This document shows, piece after piece, positions 10,630-20,663 of a DNA stretch of 64,000 nt. The notes under the pieces were generated by a model. It made no database searches. It was not told where the DNA came from and saw only the letters and a program-made list of their open reading frames with translations. Both the position numbers and the translations under genes were made by a program. Source of the DNA: Proteobacteria bacterium UBA5680 (lineage in GTDB: Bacteria; Pseudomonadota; Gammaproteobacteria; Arenicellales; UBA5680); assembly GCA_002420425.1 (NCBI GenBank), contig DIIC01000044.1:905-64904 (forward strand), written 5' to 3'. Position 1 is the stretch's first letter. Every line of letters begins with the position of its first letter.

Positions 10630-11052
10630 TTAGCTGATCGATTCCAGCGCTCTTTTTAGTTTCTCTGGAATCGCCACCGCTTTCTCAGTAGCACGATCGA
10701 CATAGACATGGACAAAGAAACCAGTTGCATATGCGTATGGATCTCCAGAGATAAAGATCCCGAGCTCAAACTTCATGCTTGAGCGGCCGAGGTGGGCCAC
10801 TCTTAATCCGGCATCAACACTCTCCACCATGGGCGTCGCCTTGATAAACCGACAACCAGTCTCAGCAGCAAAGGGGATAACCGGGTCTTTGATCCAATCG
10901 AGCCCTGAATCAACCAGAAAACGGATAATAGCGGCCTCAAAGTACCTGTAGTATTCAACATTATTGACATGGCCGAGAATGTCGAAATCAAGCCAGCGGG
11001 CCTGAATAGTATGGATATATGGATAGACCTCACGGGTAATTTCATGGCTCAT
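10630..11052 (-). CDS. Acyl-CoA thioesterase, hotdog fold (YbgC/4HBT-like)
   Basis: 140 aa with a WLDFDILGHVNNVEYYRYFE segment typical of 4HBT-type thioesterases. Confidence 0.8.
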   Translation of the reverse strand: MSHEITREVYPYIHTIQARWLDFDILGHVNNVEYYRYFEAAIIRFLVDSGLDWIKDPVIPFAAETGCRFIKATPMVESVDAGLRVAHLGRSSMKFELGIFISGDPYAYATGFFVHVYVDRATEKAVAIPEKLKRALESIS

Positions 11053-11313
11053 CGTGCCCTGCCTCTATAAAACTAAAACCAAGTAATGTTTAACCAGACT
11101 GTCTGGCTAATAGCTCTTCTTCAAGCAACTTCATGGTTACTCTTCCAACATATTCAAAATCGGCGTTGTTCTTGTTCAGGGCCTTGAGACAGGCCCCGCC
11201 CATCATCTTCCCGAGCAACTCTGGATTATAGAGCAAACGATTTATGGTGAAAGGGTTTAATGTGAGAGGATTACAGCCCTTATCATTCCCCAACCAGATG
11301 GAGGCCCTGCCTG

Positions 11314-12057
11314 ATGGCGATGGAGAAAATCCAGATATACTCAAGGCAGTGGGCCGGGTTGGCCCTGATTTTACTACTGCTGAATAATGATCGATTAATG
11401 GCAAATCCACCCCCTTCAAACGCCAGACTCCAAGAGGTCGCACAACGCCTCACCCCCGCACTAAAAAAGGCGATGCAAGAGAGGGAGGTGCAACTGGGTC
11501 AGCCCCTCTTTATCCGGATCTTCAAGGCCAGCCATGAACTTGAGGTCTGGCTTGAGAGTGGAGGCGAGTTCAAGCTTTTTCAAAACTATACGATCTGCGA
11601 CTTCTCCGGTGAATTTGGCCCCAAACTAAAGGAGGGTGACCTACAAAGCCCCGAGGGCTTCTATTTTGTTACCCCTGAGCAGATGAATCCGGCAAGCCAG
11701 TACCACCTCTCCTTCAACCTCGGCTTTCCCAACCTCTACGATCGCACCCGCGGACGGACAGGGAGTGCACTGATGGTGCATGGGAACTGCGTCTCGATTG
11801 GCTGCTATGCGATGACAGACCCGATTATTGAAGAGATATACCTTGTCGCTGATGCAGCCCTGAGAGGGGGCCAGCCCTTTTTTCGAGTCCACATCTTTCC
11901 ATTTCGGATGACAGACCACAATCTTCATCAGCATCGCCATTCCCCCTGGAGTTCATTTTGGGAAAATCTCAAACAGGGCTACGACCTCTTTGAGGCCACC
12001 CGGCGACCGCCCAATGTTGAAGTTGGAGAGGGCCTCTATCAGTTTGGCCTCGATTGA
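11314..12057 (+). CDS. L,D-transpeptidase-fold protein, YafK/DpaA-like
   Basis: 247 aa with a signal peptide. The YkuD catalytic motif MVHGNCVSIGCYAMTD and the FRMTD, NLYDR and SPEGFY blocks closely parallel E. coli YafK as I recall it. Confidence 0.85.
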   Translation: MAMEKIQIYSRQWAGLALILLLLNNDRLMANPPPSNARLQEVAQRLTPALKKAMQEREVQLGQPLFIRIFKASHELEVWLESGGEFKLFQNYTICDFSGEFGPKLKEGDLQSPEGFYFVTPEQMNPASQYHLSFNLGFPNLYDRTRGRTGSALMVHGNCVSIGCYAMTDPIIEEIYLVADAALRGGQPFFRVHIFPFRMTDHNLHQHRHSPWSSFWENLKQGYDLFEATRRPPNVEVGEGLYQFGLD

Positions 12058-12090
12058 CGCCGGCCTGCCGACAGCTCACTCAGCCAGAGG

Positions 12091-13890
12091 TCAGAGATCT
12101 CCCAGCCTGACCTTCTTTCGTGCCGGTTTTTTAGCCCGATTCGGTCCTTTTTTCTTTCCAACCCTACTGCTTTTTGATCTGCTCTGAGTTGGCGATTTTT
12201 TTGCTCTCCCTTTGGGGGCGTTACGGGATATTTTAAGCTGCTTCCCTGAAACCCAGACTTTTTTCAGCTCCTTGAAGACATCCCCGGGCATCCCCTCAGG
12301 CAGATCAACCAGGCTGTGATCATCTTGAATATCGATCCGTCCGATATATTGGCTGTCAAGGCCGGCCTCATTGGCAATCGCCCCAACGATGTTGCCTGGA
12401 TTAACCTGGTCCTGGTGGCCGACTTCAATTCTGTAACGCTCCATCCCCTTTTCAGGAGGAGCCCCCTTCCTGGATGGTTTCACTCGCTCTTTGCGGGAAT
12501 ATTTTTTTGTGCTTTCACCACCACCGCTGTGGCTTGAGCTGCCCTTCTTGTCACGCTTGGGCTGATGCTGGAACAGAAAAGGGGCATCACCCTGCAGGAG
12601 TTTTGCCAGTGCTGCTGCAACTTCAAGCGCAGGGACATTATGTTCCTGCTGATACTGCTCAACCATCTGGTAGAAGAGCCCGAGCTGATCTGTCGCCAGG
12701 GTGTCGGTAATGCGCTGTTTGAATTTGGCAATACGTTTGTCATTTATGAGTTCAGTTGAAGGGAGCTCCATCAGCTCAATCTTTTTTCTTGTTGCTCTCT
12801 CGATGGCATGGAGCAGTCTTTTTTCACGGGGGGAGACAAATAAAATAGCATCTCCCTCTCTGCCCGCCCGGCCTGTTCGACCAATGCGGTGGATATAGGC
12901 TTCAGTATCATAGGGGATGTCGTAGTTCACAACATGGCTGATACGCTCAACATCAAGACCGCGTGCAGCAACATCCGTTGCAACAAGAATATCCAGCTTG
13001 CCTTTTCTCAGACCCTCAATGGTGCGCTCACGTTGCTTTTGAGGTATATCGCCGTTTAATGGGGTTGATGCATAACCTCGCGCTGCGAGCTTTTCTGACA
13101 ACTCAACGGTGGCAATTTTGGTGCGAACAAAAACCAGCATGGCGTCAAAAGACTCAGCCTCCAGAATACGAGTCAATGCATCCAGCTTATGTGTTCCACT
13201 GACAGGCCAGAAGCGCTGTCGAATAGTCTCCGCAGTCGCGGTTTTAACTTTGATTGTTACCTGCTCTGGCTGGTTCAGATATCGTGAGGCGATGCGGCGA
13301 ATCTGCTGTGGCATGGTGGCCGAAAAGAGGGCGATCTGGCGTTCATCGGGGGACTGGTCAAGAATCCACTCCACATCATCAATAAACCCCATTCGCAGCA
13401 TCTCGTCTCCCTCATCCAGCACCAGCGTGCTCAGGTTGTTAAGCCTGAGCGTCCCCCGACGCATGTGATCCATCACCCTCCCAGGAGTACCCACCACCAC
13501 ATGAACCCCTCGCTGCAAGGCCCGGATCTGAACACGATACTCCTGGCCGCCATAGATGGGTAAAACATGAAACCCTTTGAGATAAGTCGCGTATTTTTGA
13601 AAGGCCTCAGCCACCTGAATGGCCAATTCACGAGTTGGCGTCAGAACGAGCACTTGCGGGTCTTTTTGCTTCAGATTGAGAGCAGACAAAATGGGTAATG
13701 CAAAAGCCGCTGTCTTCCCTGTCCCTGTCTGGGCCTGACCGAGCAGATCTCTGCCCTCCAGCAGGAGTGGAATGGTCTTTGCCTGAATGGGAGAGGGTAT
13801 CTCATAGCCCACTTCGTCCAAAATTTTCAATAGTGGCTTCGTTAGCGTCAACTGATTAAACGCTGTTACCGGATCGGCAGTCATATGCAT
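12091..13890 (-). CDS. deaD: DEAD-box ATP-dependent RNA helicase (DeaD/CsdA-like) with a basic C-terminal tail
   Basis: Contains a Q motif, Walker A AQTGTGKTAAF, motif II VLDEGDEML (a DEGD variant), SAT and HRIGRTGRAG. I moved the start to ATG 13890 (MHMTADP...) because the first 39 residues of the longest ORF (14007) have no counterpart in DeaD. The start is uncertain. Confidence 0.9.
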   Translation of the reverse strand: MHMTADPVTAFNQLTLTKPLLKILDEVGYEIPSPIQAKTIPLLLEGRDLLGQAQTGTGKTAAFALPILSALNLKQKDPQVLVLTPTRELAIQVAEAFQKYATYLKGFHVLPIYGGQEYRVQIRALQRGVHVVVGTPGRVMDHMRRGTLRLNNLSTLVLDEGDEMLRMGFIDDVEWILDQSPDERQIALFSATMPQQIRRIASRYLNQPEQVTIKVKTATAETIRQRFWPVSGTHKLDALTRILEAESFDAMLVFVRTKIATVELSEKLAARGYASTPLNGDIPQKQRERTIEGLRKGKLDILVATDVAARGLDVERISHVVNYDIPYDTEAYIHRIGRTGRAGREGDAILFVSPREKRLLHAIERATRKKIELMELPSTELINDKRIAKFKQRITDTLATDQLGLFYQMVEQYQQEHNVPALEVAAALAKLLQGDAPFLFQHQPKRDKKGSSSHSGGGESTKKYSRKERVKPSRKGAPPEKGMERYRIEVGHQDQVNPGNIVGAIANEAGLDSQYIGRIDIQDDHSLVDLPEGMPGDVFKELKKVWVSGKQLKISRNAPKGRAKKSPTQSRSKSSRVGKKKGPNRAKKPARKKVRLGDL

Positions 13891-14131
13891 TACCTGAGGG
13901 GAGGGTAGAGTGGATGAATCGCGCAGGGGTCCTGACAGGGCCGTGATCAGCAGCGAAATGACCACAGAGGCGCGAAGTTTACCGACTAACGTCAAAAACA
14001 CAACCAATTTTCGCCAAACACGCCAATCACACTATTTTGCCCATCAATAGAGATAAGAGTGTTTTGCGCGTTGTTGTGACTGGCCGACATCTACCAAACC
14101 GGCTACTCCAACCGCTACAATACGCGCCATA

Positions 14132-16459
14132 ATGAACTTGATCACCAGTAAGGCCTTTGCCCTCCAGATTATCCGCTGGCGCTGGGCCGTCCTTCTCTTA
14201 TCGCTCCTCATCGCCGCCCTTCTCACAACCGGTGTGATTCGCCTGACCATCGATAACGACTATCGAGTCTATTTTAGTGAGGACAACCCCGAACTACTGG
14301 CCTTTGAAGCGCTGCAAAACATCTACAACAAGCAGGACAATGTACTCATCGCCCTGGCGCCCAGTGATGGGGAGGTATTTAGCCGCAAAACCCTGGCCGC
14401 CATCGAATGGCTCACCGAAGAGGCCTGGCAGATCCCCTTCTCCACCCGGGTTGACTCCGTCACCAATTTCCAGCACACCCGTGCTGAAGAGGATGACCTG
14501 GTTGTTGAGGACCTGGTCGAGGAGGCTGATGCACTCACCGATTTGGAGATTGATGCCAGGCGTAGAATTGCCCTCTCCGAGCCTGCCCTGGTCAATAGTG
14601 TTCTCTCCCAAAATGGGGCTGTGACCGCTCTCAATATCATTGTCCAGCTCCCAGGGAAAAGCCTGGATGAGGCATCAGAGATCGTGCGCCATGTTCGTCA
14701 GCTGGCCGAGAGTTTCAACCAACGCTACCCGAACATCGATATCTACTTAAGCGGCATGATGATGCTCAACAACGCCTTTGCCGAAGCCTCTCTCAATGAT
14801 ATTGTTGAGCTCATCCCGGTGATGTACGTCATCATCCTTCTGGTTATTATCCTCTCTCTGAGATCACTCTGGTCGACCGTTGCGGTCACCCTTGTCATTC
14901 TCCTGTCAATGATGCCGGCAATGGGTATTGGCGGTTGGACAGGTATAGTGATCACCCCGCCTACAGCAGCCTCTCCCACAATCATCATGACCCTTGCTGT
15001 TGCTGACAGCATTCACCTCCTGATGACAATGCTTACACTCATGAGGCGTCACGGCATGGGGAGAGATGAGGCTATTGTAGAGAGCATGAGAATCAATATG
15101 GGCCCAATCTTCCTCACCAGCATTACCACCGCGATCGGTTTCCTTAGCCTGAACTTTAATGATGCACCCCCTTTTCGTGATTTGGGAAACATGACGGCGA
15201 TTGGTGTTGTCCTCGCCTGGATACTCTCGATCACCTTCCTGCCGGCCCTGCTCTCCCTGCTCCCGATCAAGACCAAGACCCATGATGTCAGCCGGCCTCA
15301 CCTTCTCCACGGCCTGGCCAACATGGCGATACGCCGCAAGCAGCTCTTCTTCTGGGGGTGGCTGATTGTGATCGCCTTCCTGGTTGCAATGATCTCCAGG
15401 ATTGAACTGAATGATGATTTTGTTGACTACTTTGATGACTCGATTCAGTTTCGTCGGGATGCCGATTTTGTCTCGGAAAATCTCACTGGTCTCAATCATG
15501 TGTTCTTCTCAGTGAATTCCGGAGAGTCGAGTGGTATCAATGAGCCCACTTTCCTTCAACATCTTGAAGCGTTCCAGCTGTGGCTAAAAAAGCAGGAAGA
15601 GGTGATACATGTCTCAATTCTCTCCGACACCATCAAGCGCCTGAACCGAAACATGCACGGGGATGACCCTGCCTGGGAGACCATCCCCACTGAGAGAGAG
15701 CTCGCCGCACAATACCTGCTGCTGTTTGAGATGTCCCTCCCCTATGGGCTTGATCTCAACAACCAGATCAATGTCGACAAGTCAGCTACCAAGATCGCCG
15801 TCATTCTCAAGCAGCTCACCAACAGGGATATCAGAGCCTTTAACACCCGGGCAGAAGAGTGGCTGGTCGACCACACCCCCGAGGTGATGCACGCCAAGGG
15901 AACGGGTGCCGCCCTGATGTTCTCCAATATCTCAAGGAGAACGATTGACTCAATGGTTTTTGGAACCTTTATCGCCCTGGTGCTGATCTCTGCAACCCTG
16001 ATGCTCGCCCTTCGTGATCTCAAGCTTGGCTTAATCAGCCTGATCCCCAACATTGCTCCGGCTCTCCTTGCGCTGGGGATCTGGGCCCTGTGGAAAACCC
16101 AGCTTGGGATGGCAGGCTCTGTCGTCTTTGCCGTCTCTCTGGGTATTGTTGTCGACGATACCGTCCATTTCCTGAGCAAATATCTGAGAGCCCGAAGAGA
16201 ACAAAAGCACTCTGTTACTGAGGCCATTCACTATGCCTTCTCAACAGTCGGGCTCGCCCTGTTGGCAACCACGACCATTCTTGTGGCCGGCTTTTTGATT
16301 CTTGTTACCTCTTCTTACCAGGCCAATGAGCAGACAGGACAGTTGCTCAGCCTGATCATCACCCTCGCCCTTATTCTGGACTTTACCTTCCTCCCCGCTC
16401 TTCTGCTTAAGATGGAGAGAGAAGAGCGATCACAACCTTCCGATGGAGAGAGACAATGA
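14132..16459 (+). CDS. RND-superfamily exporter, MMPL/HpnN-like (COG1033-type) permease
   Basis: 775 aa. Two hydrophobic blocks of about 6 helices are each preceded by a large soluble loop. There is no adjacent membrane-fusion or TolC-like gene. The family assignment is by overall architecture and sequence feel, not a search. Confidence 0.85.
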   Translation: MNLITSKAFALQIIRWRWAVLLLSLLIAALLTTGVIRLTIDNDYRVYFSEDNPELLAFEALQNIYNKQDNVLIALAPSDGEVFSRKTLAAIEWLTEEAWQIPFSTRVDSVTNFQHTRAEEDDLVVEDLVEEADALTDLEIDARRRIALSEPALVNSVLSQNGAVTALNIIVQLPGKSLDEASEIVRHVRQLAESFNQRYPNIDIYLSGMMMLNNAFAEASLNDIVELIPVMYVIILLVIILSLRSLWSTVAVTLVILLSMMPAMGIGGWTGIVITPPTAASPTIIMTLAVADSIHLLMTMLTLMRRHGMGRDEAIVESMRINMGPIFLTSITTAIGFLSLNFNDAPPFRDLGNMTAIGVVLAWILSITFLPALLSLLPIKTKTHDVSRPHLLHGLANMAIRRKQLFFWGWLIVIAFLVAMISRIELNDDFVDYFDDSIQFRRDADFVSENLTGLNHVFFSVNSGESSGINEPTFLQHLEAFQLWLKKQEEVIHVSILSDTIKRLNRNMHGDDPAWETIPTERELAAQYLLLFEMSLPYGLDLNNQINVDKSATKIAVILKQLTNRDIRAFNTRAEEWLVDHTPEVMHAKGTGAALMFSNISRRTIDSMVFGTFIALVLISATLMLALRDLKLGLISLIPNIAPALLALGIWALWKTQLGMAGSVVFAVSLGIVVDDTVHFLSKYLRARREQKHSVTEAIHYAFSTVGLALLATTTILVAGFLILVTSSYQANEQTGQLLSLIITLALILDFTFLPALLLKMEREERSQPSDGERQ

Positions 16460-17256
16460 AACAGAGCGTGATTGTCCCCCTAACTTCCCTTTTCCTGGTC
16501 CTCTCTTTTTGCGCTCATACCGTTGTAGCTGATGAAGCCGAAGACCGGGGACTCGAGATTGCCAAAGAGGCGGAAGCGCAGAGCCAGGGATGGAGTGACA
16601 TGCAGTCAAGCATGAAGATGGTCCTTCGCAACCGCCATGGCCAGGAGAGTATCCGTTATATGCGAATCCTGACGCTTGAAAACCAAGATGGCGGGGACAA
16701 GAGCATGACCATCTTCGATCGCCCAAAAGATGTTAAGGGAACCGCGCTGCTAACCCATGCTCATATCAACAAACCCGATGACCAGTGGCTCTATCTGCCC
16801 GCCCTCAAGCGCGTCAAACGGATCAGCTCCCGGAATAAGTCCGGACCCTTCATGGGCAGTGAATTTGCCTATGAGGATATGGGATCACAGGAGATCGACA
16901 AATACACCTATCGCTACCTCCGTGATGAACCCTGTGGTGAGAACTGGAGCTGCTATGTCAGTGAACGTTTCCCCAGGGACCGCAAGTCGGGTTACTCCCG
17001 CCAGGTGTCCTGGGTCGATAAAGAGCACTATCGCATTGTCAGGGTAGATTATTACGATCGCAAAAAGAGCCTGCTCAAAACTCTGGAGTTGGGCGACTAC
17101 CGACTCTATCTCGAGAGGTTCTGGAGGGCTCACACACTGACCATGACCAACCACCAGACGGAAAAGAGCACCACACTTGAATGGGAGAAGTACGCCTTCA
17201 ACGTTGGATTGACCGATAGCGACTTCACTCGCCAGGTACTCAAGAGAGCGCGATGA
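16456..17256 (+). CDS. Secreted LolA-like ('outer-membrane lipoprotein-sorting') family protein
   Basis: 266 aa with signal peptide MKQSVIVPLTSLFLVLSFCAHTVVA. Its start overlaps the RND stop (ATGA at 16456-16459). I assign the family from memory of proteins that accompany COG1033 exporters. Confidence 0.7.
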   Translation: MKQSVIVPLTSLFLVLSFCAHTVVADEAEDRGLEIAKEAEAQSQGWSDMQSSMKMVLRNRHGQESIRYMRILTLENQDGGDKSMTIFDRPKDVKGTALLTHAHINKPDDQWLYLPALKRVKRISSRNKSGPFMGSEFAYEDMGSQEIDKYTYRYLRDEPCGENWSCYVSERFPRDRKSGYSRQVSWVDKEHYRIVRVDYYDRKKSLLKTLELGDYRLYLERFWRAHTLTMTNHQTEKSTTLEWEKYAFNVGLTDSDFTRQVLKRAR

Positions 17257-18419
17257 GACGGACCTTTGCCGCCCTCCTGGTTATTGCCCCGCTCGCTGCC
17301 AGTGGTGGTGAGTTTGGAGGGAGTCTGGAGGCCCGTCTTGCCACCTACCCCTCAACTCCACTCGATCCACAGCAACAAAAAAACGCCTACAGCCTCGTCT
17401 TCAACCCCGAGTTCAGCCATCAGTGGGAGACCAGCTCACTCTCCTTTAGTGGCTACAGTCAGTTGAGTGATGACAACAGCGGCCGAAGCCACAACGACAT
17501 CCGGGAACTGGAATTCATTACCTGGGGCGAGCAGTGGGAGCTCAGGGCGGGAATTGGTGAGCTCTTCTGGGGGAGCACCGAATCTCGCCATCTGGTGGAT
17601 GTGGTAAACCAGCGTGACGGACTGGCTCTGGAGGGGAGTAAGCTGGGCCAGCCTCTTGTCGGTCTCACCTTAACTCATGACTGGGGTAATCTCGACCTGC
17701 TGCTGCTTCCGGGCTTTCGCAAGGGTGGTTTTCCCGACAGCGGGAGTCGACTGCGTCCCGCCTTGCCGGTCGCCGATGCCCTCACTACTTATGAGGCTGA
17801 AGAGGGTGATGACCATATTGATGGCGCCCTTCACTGGTCTGCCTCCCTCGATACTGTCGATTTTGGCCTGACCCTCTTCGAGGGGACCCAGCGCCAGCCC
17901 CGGCTAACACCGCAGCTGGCAGGAGGTGGTCCTGTCCTTATTCCCCACTACCCCCTTCTCACCCTCTATGGACTCGACCTGACCTGGCTCAATGAAGATT
18001 GGATCTGGAAACTTGAGGCGGTCAGCCGAAGAGTTGAAGGTCAGACCCAGAGGGCCCTGACAGTGGGGTTCGAGGTTGCCCAGTACGGCCTATTTGACTC
18101 CTCCTCAGATCTCGGATGGCTGGTCGAATACTCATGGGATGAAGGGGGCAAGTCGAATACCCTCTTCGACAACGATCTGATGGTCGGGCTTCGCTGGAGT
18201 GGAAATGATTCGGACAGCAGTGAGGCTATGCTCGGCTTGATGATCGACCTTGAGAACGAGAGCAAACTCCTCTCGCTTGAAGCCAGTCGCCGGCTGACTG
18301 ATGACTGGAAAATCGGCTTCAGTGGAAAAGCTGTGATCGACAGCAGTGAAGGGGACCCTCTGCTCTATGGACTACGTCAGGACAGCTATCTGGAGGCAAG
18401 CCTCTCCTACTTCTTCTAG
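17253..18419 (+). CDS. Predicted outer-membrane beta-barrel protein, function unknown
   Basis: 388 aa with signal peptide MRRTFAALLVIAPLAASG, alternating amphipathic strands and a C-terminal ...EASLSYFF ending in an aromatic residue. There is an ATGA overlap with the upstream gene (17253-17256). Confidence 0.7.
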   Translation: MRRTFAALLVIAPLAASGGEFGGSLEARLATYPSTPLDPQQQKNAYSLVFNPEFSHQWETSSLSFSGYSQLSDDNSGRSHNDIRELEFITWGEQWELRAGIGELFWGSTESRHLVDVVNQRDGLALEGSKLGQPLVGLTLTHDWGNLDLLLLPGFRKGGFPDSGSRLRPALPVADALTTYEAEEGDDHIDGALHWSASLDTVDFGLTLFEGTQRQPRLTPQLAGGGPVLIPHYPLLTLYGLDLTWLNEDWIWKLEAVSRRVEGQTQRALTVGFEVAQYGLFDSSSDLGWLVEYSWDEGGKSNTLFDNDLMVGLRWSGNDSDSSEAMLGLMIDLENESKLLSLEASRRLTDDWKIGFSGKAVIDSSEGDPLLYGLRQDSYLEASLSYFF

Positions 18420-18424
18420 CTCAG

Positions 18425-20506
18425 TTAAGAGGTGCGCTCCACAGTGTCAGATGGTTCGAGACCGGCATGCCTGAGGAGGGGCTCGATCCTGGGTTCCCGC
18501 CCACGGAAAGCAACAAAAAGCTTCATCGGATCATCGCTCCCACCTGCTTCAAGGATATGGCAGAGGAAGGCGCGGCCGCTCTTTCGATCGAAGATACCGT
18601 TCTGTTCAAAGAGAGAGAAGGCGTCGGCAGAGAGTACTTCGGCCCACTTGTAGCTGTAGTAGCCCGCTGAATAACCCCCTCCAAAGATATGGCTGAAACT
18701 GTTCTGAAAACGATTAAAGTCGGGGGGGATGACCACCGCCATCTTATCCCGAACCCGGTCCAGCAGGGCCTGTACACCCTCCGCTCCATCGGGATCGAAG
18801 CGGCTATGGAGCAGGATATCGAAGAGGGAAAATTCAAGCTGTCGCACCATCTGCATTCCTGACTGAAAATGTCGGGCTGCCCTCATTCGAGTGAGCAGAT
18901 GCTCAGGCAGCGTCCTGCCATCCTCCCAGTGGCCTGAGATCAGATCAAGAACTTCGCGTTCCCAGCACCAGTTCTCCATAAACTGGCTGGGAAGTTCAAC
19001 CGCATCCCAGGCCACACCGTTGACCCCTGCCACACTGGGAAAATCGACCTGCGTCAGTAGGTGGTGAAGCCCGTGGCCAAACTCATGGAAGAGAGTGATT
19101 ACCTCTTCATGGCTCAGCAGTGAGGGCCTGTCACCGACAGGGTTTTGAAAATTACAGACCAGAAAAGCCACGGGAAGATCGAGAACACTGCCATGACGAT
19201 AACGATTGATACATTCTGCCATCCAGGCACCGGGGCGTTTACGAGGGCGTGAGAACAGATCGACAAAGAAGGAGCCTCTTGGCTCACCCTCTTCATCCTC
19301 GATCTTAAAGAGCTGGACACTCTGATCCCAGACCTGTTCGGGCTCAGCTTCACTAACCCTAATCCCATAGAGGCGTTCAACTACTTTAAACATCCCCTTG
19401 AGCACTCCGGGGAGCGGGAAGAAGGGGCGCGCATCCTCTGCCGAGTAGTCGTAACGGTGTTGACGAAGCTTTTCGGAGTAGTAGGCGATATCCCAGGCAT
19501 CAACTCGATCGACACCTGCTTGACTGCAGGCGAACTCGGTAAGTTCCTTAAACTCCGTTTTTGCGGCCTCCAGAGATCGCTCAGCGAGATCAGTAATAAA
19601 CCCCTCTACCCTCTCTACTCCCTCTGCCATTCGGGTTTCGAGCGCCATCTGGGCATAGTGATCAAAACCCAGCAGCCTGGCCTGCTCTCCCTTCAGTTTA
19701 AGAAGCTTGATAATGAGCTCGCTATTATCCCACTCACCTCCATTGGGCCCCGTTTCGCTCGCCCGGGTGACATAGGCCTCATAGGCCTCTCGCCGAAGGG
19801 AGGCGTCCTGACAATAGGTCATAAACGGGATATAGGAGGGGGCCTGGAGAGTGAATACCCAGCCCTCCTCTCCACGGCGCTCAGCCTCATCCCGGGCGAG
19901 ATCGAGTGTTGACGAAGGAATGCCCTCAAGTTGGCTCTCATCCTTTACCGTCAGTACCCAGCCATCAGTGGCATCGAGGAGATTCTGCTGGAACTGGTTT
20001 CCCGTCATCGAGAGCTGCTGTGAAATATGAACAAAGCGCTCCTTCTCGGCCGGCTTAAGGGCAACACCGGCTAGACGAAAGTCACGCAGGGCATTATCGA
20101 TAATTCTCTTCTGGGGCTGGCTGAAGTGGTCATACTCCTCACCTTTCCGGAGCTGCTTGAATTTCCTGTAGAGCCGGTCATCCTGTGCAATGGCCAGGGC
20201 ATATTCACTCAGCTTGGGAAGTGAGGCCTCATAGGCCTGTCGCATCTGGGGAGAGTCATTGACTGCATTGAGGTGTGAGATGGGCGCCCAAAAGCGGTTC
20301 ATTGTCTCTTCAGTAGCTTCCAGCGGTGCTGCAAAATTCTCCCATGTGGGGGAGACGTTGTCGGTAGCCAGGGCCTCAACATGATGGCGTCCCCTCTCAA
20401 GGAGATGGTCAAGGGCAGGTTCCACCTGCTCTGGCCTGATCTCGGCAAAACGGGGTAGACCCGAGACATTCAGGAGAGGATTATCTGATATTGTATTCAT
20501 GGTCAC
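18425..20506 (-). CDS. prlC: Oligopeptidase A (M3 metallopeptidase)
   Basis: 693 aa with zinc motif HEFGHGLHH and M3 family features along the whole length. Confidence 0.92.
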   Translation of the reverse strand: MTMNTISDNPLLNVSGLPRFAEIRPEQVEPALDHLLERGRHHVEALATDNVSPTWENFAAPLEATEETMNRFWAPISHLNAVNDSPQMRQAYEASLPKLSEYALAIAQDDRLYRKFKQLRKGEEYDHFSQPQKRIIDNALRDFRLAGVALKPAEKERFVHISQQLSMTGNQFQQNLLDATDGWVLTVKDESQLEGIPSSTLDLARDEAERRGEEGWVFTLQAPSYIPFMTYCQDASLRREAYEAYVTRASETGPNGGEWDNSELIIKLLKLKGEQARLLGFDHYAQMALETRMAEGVERVEGFITDLAERSLEAAKTEFKELTEFACSQAGVDRVDAWDIAYYSEKLRQHRYDYSAEDARPFFPLPGVLKGMFKVVERLYGIRVSEAEPEQVWDQSVQLFKIEDEEGEPRGSFFVDLFSRPRKRPGAWMAECINRYRHGSVLDLPVAFLVCNFQNPVGDRPSLLSHEEVITLFHEFGHGLHHLLTQVDFPSVAGVNGVAWDAVELPSQFMENWCWEREVLDLISGHWEDGRTLPEHLLTRMRAARHFQSGMQMVRQLEFSLFDILLHSRFDPDGAEGVQALLDRVRDKMAVVIPPDFNRFQNSFSHIFGGGYSAGYYSYKWAEVLSADAFSLFEQNGIFDRKSGRAFLCHILEAGGSDDPMKLFVAFRGREPRIEPLLRHAGLEPSDTVERTS

Positions 20507-20663
20507 TGCTGCTGTTTGCTGGAGAGGGGTTATGGTCGAAGCCTGGCCCGGCCAGAGTTGGATTATGATCTAAATCGGCACTATGCTAAAGAAGACCATG
20601 ACCTCCACTTCAGGATGGACGGCAAAGACCCAACCACACAGATCACCACCTCTGGAGAAGAGA

